Part shown: positions 38,718 through 46,391 of the stretch, in pieces
Position numbering within the stretch: the first letter of the stretch is position 1
Layout: the number at the start of each line of letters is the position of its first letter
Virus record (IMG/VR): IMGVR_UViG_3300046787_000353
Location: 1 to 64,000 of that record
DNA length: 64,000 nt
From: a virus
Taxonomy: Duplodnaviria; Heunggongvirae; Uroviricota; Caudoviricetes
Strand: one strand, 5' to 3'
The notes under the pieces: generated by a model
Seen by the model: only the letters and a program-made list of their open reading frames with translations
Told to the model about the DNA's origin: nothing
The model's database searches: none
Translations under genes and position numbers: made by a program

Positions 38718-38948
38718 TTATTTTAAGAACCATTCAAATGATTGCTTGATTATTGATAAATTAACTTCTTGACAGATTACCCATTTTATCCAAGCCAATG
38801 GCCAAAATAAGAAATCTATAAATGCCCAAAAACCACTTTGGTTAATGGTATATCCGATTATAGCTGTTGGTAATGCGAATATAATGTTTGGTAATGATAC
38901 CGGTCTGATTGAAATTGTTCTTTTTGCCATCTTATTTAATTTTTTCAA
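38718..38948 (-). CDS. small membrane protein (76 aa)
   Basis: Two hydrophobic segments. Confidence 0.4.
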   Translation of the reverse strand: MKKLNKMAKRTISIRPVSLPNIIFALPTAIIGYTINQSGFWAFIDFLFWPLAWIKWVICQEVNLSIIKQSFEWFLK

Positions 38949-39657
38949 ATGTAGGTTTTAACCACAATATGTTGTTTTTGAATATATAATCTCTTAATTT
39001 TGGATTCTGATTAAGTATCTCTAATGTTTTCAATGTATCATGTTTGAAACACTTTAATAACTCTTCTCTGATTCTCTCAATTGATACCACTCCCATCTTA
39101 CCTTCGTAGTCAAAGTTGTATATGAAGTAATCTAAGTATGATAATCTAAATCCCTTCGTGATAGAGAACCTAATTGCTCTTATAATACGAAGTGGGTCAT
39201 CTTCAAATGTTACTTTGGGTGCCAATGGTGTTATCAATATCATACGTTCTAAATCCATTTGACCATTAAACAAATCAATTAGATTACCATCTTCATCTTC
39301 CGCCATAGCGTTGACTGTAAAATCTCTACGAATCAAATCATCTTCCAATGTTCCCAATTCTAAGATTGGTCTACGAGTCCCTTCCACATACCCAACTTCC
39401 TTTCTTGCCATTACAAAATCGGCAACCATTCCAGCGTATTTATGTTCTTTGGGAAATTTAGCACGGATAGTAAAACAATCAGGTGTAGAAAGGAATATTT
39501 CAAATTCATTATGTTCCAACCATTTGGTCATAATATCAAATCCTTCCTCCACTGTCCTATCTAAGTTGTCCAAAACAAATGTGAAGTCAATATCATTTGT
39601 ATCAACCCCTAACAATCTATCTCTAACACAACCTCCTACTTTAAATATCTTTGGCAT
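38932..39657 (-). CDS. cca: tRNA nucleotidyltransferase (CCA-adding enzyme), minimal head+neck form
   Basis: GGCVRDRLLG...DIDF and LEDDLIRRDFTVNAMA..DGNLIDLFNG...DL match class-II CCA enzyme motifs. Confidence 0.85.
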   Translation of the reverse strand: MPKIFKVGGCVRDRLLGVDTNDIDFTFVLDNLDRTVEEGFDIMTKWLEHNEFEIFLSTPDCFTIRAKFPKEHKYAGMVADFVMARKEVGYVEGTRRPILELGTLEDDLIRRDFTVNAMAEDEDGNLIDLFNGQMDLERMILITPLAPKVTFEDDPLRIIRAIRFSITKGFRLSYLDYFIYNFDYEGKMGVVSIERIREELLKCFKHDTLKTLEILNQNPKLRDYIFKNNILWLKPTFEKIK

Positions 39658-39681
39658 AATCTCTCATTTTTTATTACATAG

Positions 39682-39713
39682 TAAAGATACAAAATTAGAT
39701 TGATATTGCCAAA
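39682..39713 (-). promoter_or_regulatory. promoter, class 1
   Basis: Minus-strand TTTGGCAATATCAATCTAATTTTG-TATCTTTA upstream of the ATG at 39657. Confidence 0.55.
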
Positions 39714-39732
39714 TATTTTAACATTTATTTAA

Positions 39733-40116
39733 CTATAACATCAATTGAAATCTATCTCTCATTTGTTTTAATTTATCATCCGGCACTCCATGCTCATTTA
39801 CTCCCCCATGTCTATTTTCTACTACTAATGAATATACTCTGTATCCATGTTCTTTAGCTAATTCAAAGTAATAATCCATTTCCCAAGTCTGAGTAAATGT
39901 ATTTGATACTACTATCTTTTCAGTGTTATTTGTCATCCAAACTCTTACTGCATTTTGACACCAAGCGTGAGCTTCTTTTAATTTAGAAGCATCAAATTTA
40001 TATTCACCTTTGTCTATAAAATACTTATCGGCCTCCATGTGTGAACCTCCTAATGACTTTGCCAATGTTGATTTACCACTTCCCGGCAATCCTCTTAATA
40101 AGAATAATTCTTTCAT
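39733..40116 (-). CDS. P-loop kinase, polynucleotide 5'-kinase (T4 Pnk kinase-domain)-like
   Basis: Walker A GLPGSGKST (T4 Pnk has GCPGSGKST). About 127 aa. Sits next to the RNA ligase and CCA genes. Confidence 0.55.
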   Translation of the reverse strand: MKELFLLRGLPGSGKSTLAKSLGGSHMEADKYFIDKGEYKFDASKLKEAHAWCQNAVRVWMTNNTEKIVVSNTFTQTWEMDYYFELAKEHGYRVYSLVVENRHGGVNEHGVPDDKLKQMRDRFQLML

Positions 40117-40119
40117 AAC

Positions 40120-40308
40120 TTATAATTTTGTTTTAAATAAATCAATAGCTTTTTGCTTATCTTCTTCGGATGCGTTTTCCAATATAGATAGGATTATAAA
40201 ATCCATATCAGTATCATCAAATTTTTCAATAGTAGTAGTATATGTTTCAACATCTACTCCCAATTCTTCTGCTAACATTTGGTCAAACAAATCAAATATA
40301 CCTGCCAT
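40120..40308 (-). CDS. small acidic protein (62 aa)
   Basis: Minus-strand ORF. Confidence 0.35.
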   Translation of the reverse strand: MAGIFDLFDQMLAEELGVDVETYTTTIEKFDDTDMDFIILSILENASEEDKQKAIDLFKTKL

Positions 40309-40311
40309 AAT

Positions 40312-40974
40312 TTACTTTTTATAGTTTTCTACAATTGTATGATGGTCTTTATCTAAGAATCCATCGATAGGTTGTTTATCCAATATCTTCAATACTTCAC
40401 TCATACTGATTGGAAATAATCCGTTACCATCAACTCCAACATCCATCACTTTACCTCTACCAACTCTTCTGCTAGGCGGTAAGTGAACGTGTCCATGTAA
40501 GTGAGGAACTCCTTTACCCAACCCATCCCAACTTGCAATTGGAAAGTGCATTAGAACAAAATGTGCTCCAACATGCTTACCACTTCCATCAGGCCATTTG
40601 ATACTCAAATCTAAGTATTGGTTAACCGAACTGAATAAATCAGCTACACCATCTTTGTTTTTGGCAATGTGATGGTCGTGGTTACCTAATATCAAATGTA
40701 TGTTTTGGCAAACAATTCTGTTTCTGAAATCAGCGATTGAATCAAATCCACCAAAACTCCAATCACCTAAGTGAATTAGGATATCATCATATCCAACAAG
40801 TGAGTTGATATTGTTAACCAATACGGAGTTCATTTCACCCAATGTATCGAAATCTCTGAAATGGTTATCACCACTTCTATCCCATTGAGTTGTTCCTTTA
40901 CAAATGTTAGCATGGTTGTAGTGGGTATCACTTGTGAACCATACTTTTTGTCCTTTGTTTAATAATATTTTCAT
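40312..40974 (-). CDS. Calcineurin-like metallophosphoesterase (candidate RNA-end healing phosphatase)
   Basis: Motifs GDWSFGG, GNHDHH and HLHGHVH. Confidence 0.75.
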   Translation of the reverse strand: MKILLNKGQKVWFTSDTHYNHANICKGTTQWDRSGDNHFRDFDTLGEMNSVLVNNINSLVGYDDILIHLGDWSFGGFDSIADFRNRIVCQNIHLILGNHDHHIAKNKDGVADLFSSVNQYLDLSIKWPDGSGKHVGAHFVLMHFPIASWDGLGKGVPHLHGHVHLPPSRRVGRGKVMDVGVDGNGLFPISMSEVLKILDKQPIDGFLDKDHHTIVENYKK

Positions 40975-40989
40975 AATCTATATTTTTTT

Positions 40990-41181
40990 TTATCTGTCAG
41001 CTAATCTTTTGAAAACTGCTGCGATTTCTGGTTTTTCTAATTTCTTTTTTAAAGATTCCCATTTATCAGCCAAAAATTGGTTGTATTCAGCTTCACTTTT
41101 AAACCCCATTTTTTTCCAATCCATTTTCATAACTCTCATTGTTTTATTCTGCAATATACAACATTTTGAATCAAATGTCAA
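40990..41181 (-). CDS. hypothetical protein (63 aa)
   Basis: Minus-strand ORF. Confidence 0.35.
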   Translation of the reverse strand: MTFDSKCCILQNKTMRVMKMDWKKMGFKSEAEYNQFLADKWESLKKKLEKPEIAAVFKRLADR

Positions 41182-41202
41182 GTAAAATATGTTAAAGTTT
41201 TG

Positions 41203-41418
41203 TTAATTTCTTCTACACCTAGCACATTCGCACTTCTCCATTCGGTATCTGTTACATCCTTTGGCATATATCCACCCTTCTTCTAATAGTTTATTATGTC
41301 TTTCCATACATAACTTCTCAATACGTTCAGCGGTCTTAATATCACCTTTCAAACGTGCTTTTCTAGATGCTGAATTTGTTCCAACTTCCCGTATTCTAAG
41401 AGTTCCACTATAATACAT
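41203..41418 (-). CDS. small Cys-rich (zinc-ribbon-like) protein (71 aa)
   Basis: CxxxHN...CNRY...CECARC. Confidence 0.4.
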   Translation of the reverse strand: MYYSGTLRIREVGTNSASRKARLKGDIKTAERIEKLCMERHNKLLEEGWIYAKGCNRYRMEKCECARCRRN

Positions 41419-42016
41419 CTTCTAATGAATTAGGGTAATATAATAGAGTTGGATTCTTTTTCTGAATATCAATGTTCGGATACTTTTCACTAAATGTTTT
41501 AACATCAAATCGTTCAGTAATTAGATGATATCCATTTTTAGTTGGTATAGCTGCTATTAACTTATCACCTTCGGGTCTTAATGAATGTATGAATGCTGTA
41601 ATTTCAACTAATAAATTAGTATCTTTATCATCAATATCAACTATCCATCTTTTCTCTTGAGTTTTAATTTGCCCAACTACGGAATCGAATAATCCTTTCT
41701 GATTAGTATTACCATCTTGTATTCGTTGTGCAAGAGCAACCATCATATTCAGAGATACATCAAAGTGGTTTTGTTTCTGAACGTGGATATATGCCCTTGC
41801 TTTGAACATTTCACATAGTTGGATTATCTCATCCCATCTACGTTCTAAATGGTCTATACTTTCAATACAATAAGTTTTGATTGTTCGAACCGATTGATGA
41901 TTATCTCTCTCATCTTCGGGTTGGTCTTTTTTACGTTTAAAAACGTATAACATATAAAAATCTCCCTTTTTTTCGAAGTTTAAAAGGGGTCTTACTAACT
42001 CTAAATTGTTTATCAT
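41408..42016 (-). CDS. hypothetical protein (202 aa)
   Basis: Minus-strand ORF with a class-1 promoter upstream (42030-42065). Confidence 0.5.
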   Translation of the reverse strand: MINNLELVRPLLNFEKKGDFYMLYVFKRKKDQPEDERDNHQSVRTIKTYCIESIDHLERRWDEIIQLCEMFKARAYIHVQKQNHFDVSLNMMVALAQRIQDGNTNQKGLFDSVVGQIKTQEKRWIVDIDDKDTNLLVEITAFIHSLRPEGDKLIAAIPTKNGYHLITERFDVKTFSEKYPNIDIQKKNPTLLYYPNSLEDVL

Positions 42017-42113
42017 AACTCTCTTATTTTTTATTACATAGTAAATATACGAAATTCAAATGAGATTGCCAAATAAAACACAAGTTATTTTTGAAAAAAT
42101 GATAGTAATATTG

Positions 42114-42184
42114 TTACCCGAGCAGGATTCGAACCTACCCTAACTGCACCAAAAACAGTTGTGCTACCGCTACACCATCAGGCA
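42114..42184 (-). tRNA. tRNA-Gln (TTG)
   Basis: Acceptor TGCCTGA/TCGGGTA, D-stem GTGT/GCAC, anticodon loop TTTTGGT, T-arm GTAGG-TTCGAAT-CCTGC. Confidence 0.7.
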
Positions 42185-42318
42185 AAATTCTCAAGCATTC
42201 TACTTCCCGCAGCACGAAATTGTATCTTACTTAGCCCATCGTTGGCGGTATGGGTACTTGAGTTATTGTAAATGAACAAAACCTATTGTTCTTTTGGCTT
42301 TTTACATAAGCCCATTTG

Positions 42319-42390
42319 AGCAGGTATTCGGACTCGAACCGAAATCTCCGACTTGGAAGGCCGGAACACTAACCATTGTGCTATACCTGC
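42319..42390 (-). tRNA. tRNA-Gly (TCC)
   Basis: Acceptor GCAGGTA/TACCTGC, anticodon loop CTTCCAA, T-loop TTCGAGT. Confidence 0.8.
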
Positions 42391-42451
42391 ATGCATCCCG
42401 TTACTCGTGCACGAGCGGTGGCACTACGGGACCGATGTTATTCCACTATCG

Positions 42452-42523
42452 AGCGAGAGATGGGGTTCGAACCCACGACCCTCACCTTGGCAAGGTGATG
42501 CTCTACCGCTGAGCTACTCTCGC
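42452..42523 (-). tRNA. tRNA-Gly (GCC)
   Basis: Acceptor GCGAGAG/CTCTCGC, anticodon loop TTGCCAA. Confidence 0.8.
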
Positions 42524-42659
42524 AAATTGTGTAGGATGCGCCCACCTACACCACACTTTTAGTAGTATGTTGCCACGCTACCACGTTTCGAGTTGTTTAA
42601 CGACCTACTCTGAATGTCAGCCGCCAGGGTGTGCTTCACGTTAAACCCGGAGACGCTTA

Positions 42660-42736
42660 TGGTGGACCAGATAGGGCTCGAACCTATGACCTACTGATTA
42701 TGAGTCAGGCGCTCTAACCAACTGAGCTACAAGTCC
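42660..42736 (-). tRNA. tRNA-Met (CAT), CCA encoded
   Basis: Anticodon loop CTCATAA. 3' end is ...CTGGTCC-A-CCA. Confidence 0.75.
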
Positions 42737-42875
42737 AATTAAGAGAAGCTTGGGTCTTTCGGGGTTACTGATTGAGTGCAATAAGTGAGCTCTTCCTACT
42801 ATTAACCCTTTTTCGGAAATCAATACACTCTACTTCTCAATTACAGCTATACTACTTCTCTTTTGTGGAGCTACT

Positions 42876-42948
42876 CGGATTCGAACCGAGGATTCCTGCG
42901 TGCAAGGCAAGTGTGTTAGCCAACTATACCATAGCCCCAAATTTGGAT
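42876..42948 (-). tRNA. tRNA-Ala (TGC)
   Basis: Acceptor GGGGCTA/TAGCTCC, anticodon loop CTTGCAC. Confidence 0.75.
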
Positions 42949-42996
42949 AGATATGGTTCTATCCGGACCAGAACATTCTCCCTAGGGAGATGCCAG

Positions 42997-43081
42997 TATC
43001 GGAGGTGGGACTCGAACCCACACGACCCCTTCGGGTCAATGGATTTTAAGTCCATCGGGTCTACCATTCCCCCACTCCGAT
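42997..43081 (-). tRNA. tRNA-Leu (TAA), type II
   Basis: Acceptor ATCGGAG/CTCCGAT, anticodon loop CTTAAAA, long variable arm. Confidence 0.75.
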
Positions 43082-43212
43082 AGTTCACTTTACATTCCAA
43101 AGTGTAAGTAGGTTTAGTTGTGGACTTTCCTTCCAGTAGAACTCTCATTTTATTGATTATCGGGTCTGTTATTCTACAATTTTAACGTATTGACCATACA
43201 CGTTGAGTATCG

Positions 43213-43290
43213 CTGTCAGGGCCGGACTCGAACCGGATAAGCAACCACTTTATTGGATTTGGGACCATCCCGCATTACGCCCACCTAACA
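43213..43290 (-). tRNA. tRNA-like gene, anticodon undetermined (good acceptor and T-arm; D and anticodon arms irregular); possible pseudo-tRNA
   Basis: Acceptor TGTTAGG/CCTGACA, T-arm CCGG-TTCGAGT-CCGG. Confidence 0.35.
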
Positions 43291-43292
43291 AT

Positions 43293-43535
43293 TTAATATC
43301 CTATTTCATCTTTAATTTTCCATTGGGTATCAATTGGAATTCGTTCAATTCTTTCAACTGGAACAAACCCATCAAACCCACTTTCTTTAACATCTTCAAA
43401 ATGTTCAATGGTATCCAAATAGAAACCGAATGAATATCTGATGTATTGGAATTTATCACCATCCCAATATGCCACATGGTTGTTTCTACTAAACCCATTA
43501 TACCAGCCTTCTTTCATTTCATTTTTTGGTATCAT
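43293..43535 (-). CDS. hypothetical protein (80 aa) embedded in the tRNA island
   Basis: ORF between the tRNA-like gene and tRNA-Arg with no tRNA overlap. Confidence 0.4.
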   Translation of the reverse strand: MIPKNEMKEGWYNGFSRNNHVAYWDGDKFQYIRYSFGFYLDTIEHFEDVKESGFDGFVPVERIERIPIDTQWKIKDEIGY

Positions 43536-43551
43536 ACTCTTTTATTTTTTG

Positions 43552-43625
43552 TGAACCCATCAGGAATCGAACCTGAAACCTACACATTAGAAGTGTGTTG
43601 CTCTATCCAATTGAGCTATGGGTCC
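43552..43625 (-). tRNA. tRNA-Arg (TCT)
   Basis: Anticodon arm ACACA-CTTCTAA-TGTGT, T-loop TTCGATT. Confidence 0.8.
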
Positions 43626-43630
43626 AGTTG

Positions 43631-43703
43631 CGGGACCGACGGGAGTTGAACCCGCTCCATACTCCGTGACAGGGAGATATCTTAACCGTTTGACCTCGGC
43701 CCC
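43631..43703 (-). tRNA. tRNA-Asp (GTC)
   Basis: Acceptor GGGGCCG/CGGTCCC, anticodon loop CTGTCAC, T-loop TTCAACT. Confidence 0.75.
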
Positions 43704-44081
43704 AAATTTGATAGGTGACCATCCTATCGTGAAATGATATACCATTTCTTTTCTTTATAGAATCCGAAGATACTGCAGGAACATTTTTTAGCACCCTCTT
43801 TCTTATCCCGCTTATAGATTTTACGCCATAAGAATTGCGGTAAGAGTAGGGTCAAGCTGAGAACTCATTTGTGTTGTCTTGTCAGTATCAAAACTCCTGC
43901 ACCAAGCTTGCCAAATCGTATTCCTTTCTCAAGGGAACAACACATCTACCATTACTGATAGTATCTTTATGTAAATTATTGCCAGTTCCTCAAATATCTA
44001 AAGATACTGTTCTATTGTTTCTGCGTTATCAATTTCAAACGTTTGGAATAATTTACAAAGGTATTCAATGTTTAACCTATT

Positions 44082-44154
44082 GAGCCTTCTGTCGGATTCG
44101 AACCAACGACCTGCTGATTACAAATCAGCGGCTCTACCAGCTGAGCTAAGAAGG
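44082..44154 (-). tRNA. tRNA-Thr (TGT)
   Basis: Acceptor GCCTTCT/AGAAGGC, anticodon loop TTTGTAA. Confidence 0.8.
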
Positions 44155-44210
44155 CATTTAATAATCAAAGTGTATTCTTCCCTTTCTACTACCGAACCAC
44201 CCTCACCAGG

Positions 44211-44235
44211 TAGTTCAGGTGGGAGTCGAACCCAC
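44211..44235 (-). other. tRNA 3' fragment (T-arm GTGGG-TTCGACT-CCCAC plus 3' acceptor strand), a remnant lacking a 5' body
   Basis: T-arm-like motif only 18 nt from the 3' end of tRNA-Glu, with no room for D and anticodon arms. Confidence 0.4.
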
Positions 44236-44253
44236 ATTCTCTTTAATTATTTG

Positions 44254-44325
44254 TAGCCCGTAGGGGAGTCGAACCCCTCTTTCCAGAATGAAAACCTGAC
44301 GACCTAACCGATAGTCGAACGGGCC
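44254..44325 (-). tRNA. tRNA-Glu (TTC)
   Basis: Acceptor GGCCCGT/ACGGGCT, anticodon loop TTTTCAT, T-arm AGGGG-TTCGACT-CCCCT. Confidence 0.75.
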
Positions 44326-44382
44326 TACTTAATTACTATCACTATTTCAAAGAACTATCGGAGTATTACCGATTTTGTTTTA

Positions 44383-44420
44383 CAAATATACGAAATATAT
44401 TTTACATTTCCTAATATTTT
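44383..44420 (-). promoter_or_regulatory. promoter, class 2 (TTAGGAAATGTAAAATATATTTCG-TATATTTG); a 49-nt exact repeat of 48393..48441
   Basis: Exact -7 TAnnTTTG, with TTAG in place of the -33 TTTG. Lies upstream of 44422..44886. Confidence 0.5.
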
Positions 44421-44421
44421 T

Positions 44422-44886
44422 TTACATTTTTACTAAATGGTCAGCGCAATATGTTGCCATTGTTCCAAATGTTTTATATCTCACTTTATATCCCATTCCT
44501 TCAACCATACCAACCGCTTGTCTGAACACTTCGTTTGATTTATACTTAGGGTCTGGGTTCAAATCCACATCAATCCAAGTTGCTTTCTGAATACCTGCTT
44601 TTTGTAAATCTTCAGCGGTTTCAACTGCGAACCAAACTTCATTTAACAATCTTACAGAACGAGTCCACTCTCTTTGAGCTGCCCATTTCCTATAAAGAAC
44701 GTGTGCTCCTCTTCCTGGTGTGTATAGTGCTACTACAATCGCATATATAGTTTTATCTTTACTATTTTGCGAATCACACCCTACCAATATTTCAATGTTC
44801 GGGTTTGATACAATATAATCTTTGATATATGTATCCAATTCGACCTGAGTCCCATCTTGTAATTTCCTATAAACCATAATCATCAA
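44422..44886 (-). CDS. hypothetical protein (154 aa) within the tRNA island
   Basis: Clean ORF flanked by tRNAs with its own promoter motif. Confidence 0.55.
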   Translation of the reverse strand: MMIMVYRKLQDGTQVELDTYIKDYIVSNPNIEILVGCDSQNSKDKTIYAIVVALYTPGRGAHVLYRKWAAQREWTRSVRLLNEVWFAVETAEDLQKAGIQKATWIDVDLNPDPKYKSNEVFRQAVGMVEGMGYKVRYKTFGTMATYCADHLVKM

Positions 44887-44892
44887 ATTTTG

Positions 44893-44965
44893 TACTCATA
44901 GAAGGATTCGAACCTTCAAAAACTGGGTTCTAAAGCCAGTGCGGTTACCAGTTACGCCATACGAG
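44893..44965 (-). tRNA. tRNA with anticodon TAG (nominally Leu-CUA) but type I (short 5-nt variable arm); atypical
   Basis: Acceptor GCTCGTA/TATGAGT, D-loop AACTGGTAA, anticodon loop TTTAGAA, T-arm GAAGG-TTCGAAT-CCTTC. Confidence 0.55.
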
Positions 44966-44981
44966 CAATTAATACTATCTG

Positions 44982-45062
44982 CGGAGGGCAGAGTAATCGA
45001 AACTCGACCTTTTACAATCATCGGTTTAGCAAACCGACTACAACACCCGTTGCTTACCCTCC
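44982..45062 (-). tRNA. tRNA-Ser (GCT), type II
   Basis: Acceptor GGAGGGT/GCCCTCC, anticodon arm TCGGT-TTGCTAA-ACCGA, 14-nt variable arm. Confidence 0.75.
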
Positions 45063-45069
45063 TTTTTTG

Positions 45070-45144
45070 GGTGAAAAATGGGCTTCGAACCCACAACCTT
45101 CCGAATCACAATCGGATGCTCTAACCAGTTGAGCTATAATCACC
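45070..45144 (-). tRNA. tRNA-His (GTG) with G-1:C73
   Basis: Anticodon arm TCCGA-TTGTGAT-TCGGA, D-arm GCTC-AACTGGTTA-GAGC, an extra 5' G pairing with discriminator C. Two U-U mismatches in the acceptor stem. Confidence 0.65.
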
Positions 45145-45212
45145 ATATTTTGTATAATATATTATCCATTTATCCCTAAATACCAGGTTTTTGTATAGTA
45201 TATTATACATCG

Positions 45213-45282
45213 TTGCATGTATGAGGTTCGAACTCATTTGGCCATCCTTATGAGAGATAACTCTTTTCCACTAAGCCATGCA
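45213..45282 (-). tRNA. tRNA-like gene, anticodon CAT (Met/Ile2-like) with weak D and anticodon stems; possibly degenerate
   Basis: Acceptor TGCATGG/ACATGCA, T-arm ATGAG-TTCGAAC-CTCAT, anticodon loop CTCATAA. Confidence 0.4.
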
Positions 45283-45349
45283 ATTTGTGGAATCGAACCA
45301 CTTTCCCAACTCTACGTCGGGCGATATATCCAATATCCTTCACCGGTTG

Positions 45350-45420
45350 AGTTAAGTGTTGGATTCGAACCAACGTATAAGGGTTTGCAGTCCTTCGCCT
45401 AACCACTCGGCCAACCTAAC
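45350..45420 (-). tRNA. tRNA-Cys (GCA)
   Basis: Acceptor GTTAGGT/ACTTAAC, anticodon loop CTGCAAA, T-arm GTTGG-TTCGAAT-CCAAC. Confidence 0.7.
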
Positions 45421-45488
45421 ATTTAGTCTATTGTTATCTGAATATTGGTAGTATTACTACTATTATTGGATAATAATTAAACTTATTG

Positions 45489-45560
45489 TATCTCCGGAGA
45501 GAATCGAACTCCCATTTACCGGTTCGTAGCCGATTGTTCTATCCGTTAAACTACGGAGAT
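45489..45560 (-). tRNA. tRNA-Arg (ACG)
   Basis: Perfect acceptor ATCTCCG/CGGAGAT, anticodon loop CTACGAA. Confidence 0.8.
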
Positions 45561-45563
45561 ATC

Positions 45564-45830
45564 CTATCTATACTTTCGTATCATTTCAAACACCTTGCCA
45601 ATATCAGTTAATTTCATAATTTGGTCATTTCTGATTGGTAAGAATGCGATGGTGAATCCGTGGTTACCTTGAAAGAAATCTTCTCTCTTTATCCTATTCC
45701 CATTTACTTTTTCAAGGTATATCCAAGGATAGTTTCCAGCTAATTCCACTTCAATACCAATTTTTCTCAATCTCGGAACTAACCGATTTATTACATTATC
45801 TTCCATTGTGTCTTTCTGTTGTGTTTCCAC
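45564..45830 (-). CDS. hypothetical protein (88 aa)
   Basis: Minus-strand ORF abutting the 5' end of tRNA-Arg(ACG). Confidence 0.45.
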   Translation of the reverse strand: METQQKDTMEDNVINRLVPRLRKIGIEVELAGNYPWIYLEKVNGNRIKREDFFQGNHGFTIAFLPIRNDQIMKLTDIGKVFEMIRKYR

Positions 45831-45985
45831 GTTTTGTAACTTCTATACTTTGCCGAAGAATGTCCTTTTTTAAAGTTCAATCCTTCATCCCAATACGGAG
45901 GATACTCCATATCTAGCCAAATTAATCTGTAATGTTTGGAACAAGTTGCTTTGTTCAATCTCTGTCTGTTAGTTTTTACACTCAT
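45791..45985 (-). CDS. hypothetical basic protein (64 aa); possibly the N-terminal part of a frameshifted or split gene with 45564..45830
   Basis: ORF overlapping the downstream ORF by 40 nt in another frame. Confidence 0.3.
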   Translation of the reverse strand: MSVKTNRQRLNKATCSKHYRLIWLDMEYPPYWDEGLNFKKGHSSAKYRSYKTWKHNRKTQWKIM

Positions 45986-46052
45986 TTTTGCTCAATTTTA
46001 GGTTAATAAACCTAATGAGCATCGAATTTCTTTTTCATAATTTTACATTTAG

Positions 46053-46121
46053 CACGGATTGAAGTAATCGAAACCTCTCCTATGGATTTGGAGTCCATTT
46101 GGCTACCTTAGCCTAACCCGT
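46053..46121 (-). tRNA. tRNA-Trp (CCA)
   Basis: Acceptor ACGGGTT/AATCCGT, anticodon arm ATGGA-CTCCAAA-TCCAT, T-loop TTCGATT. Short D-loop. Confidence 0.6.
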
Positions 46122-46181
46122 ATTTATGTTTCATAGTTTATATGTGAGTTTAAACCTTACTACGTTACTATGAAACATCAG

Positions 46182-46255
46182 TTGGAATAGTGGGACTCGA
46201 ACCTACAACCCCCGCCGTATCAGGGCGGTGCGCTAACCAATTGCGCCATATTCCA
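46182..46255 (-). tRNA. tRNA-Ile (GAT)
   Basis: Acceptor TGGAATA/TATTCCA, anticodon arm CCGCC-CTGATAC-GGCGG. Confidence 0.8.
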
Positions 46256-46261
46256 ATATTG

Positions 46262-46337
46262 TCGGGTGAGCAGGATTCGAACCTGCGTGCTCTCGCGTCC
46301 AAGGCGAGCGAGATAAACCTGACTCCTCTACCACCCG
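46262..46337 (-). tRNA. tRNA-Pro (TGG)
   Basis: Anticodon arm CTCGC-CTTGGAC-GCGAG, T-arm GCAGG-TTCGAAT-CCTGC. Confidence 0.75.
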
Positions 46338-46391
46338 TTGGTGGATGGATTATTTTTTTAAAGTAGAATTCGCCAACCTCAAAACTACTAT

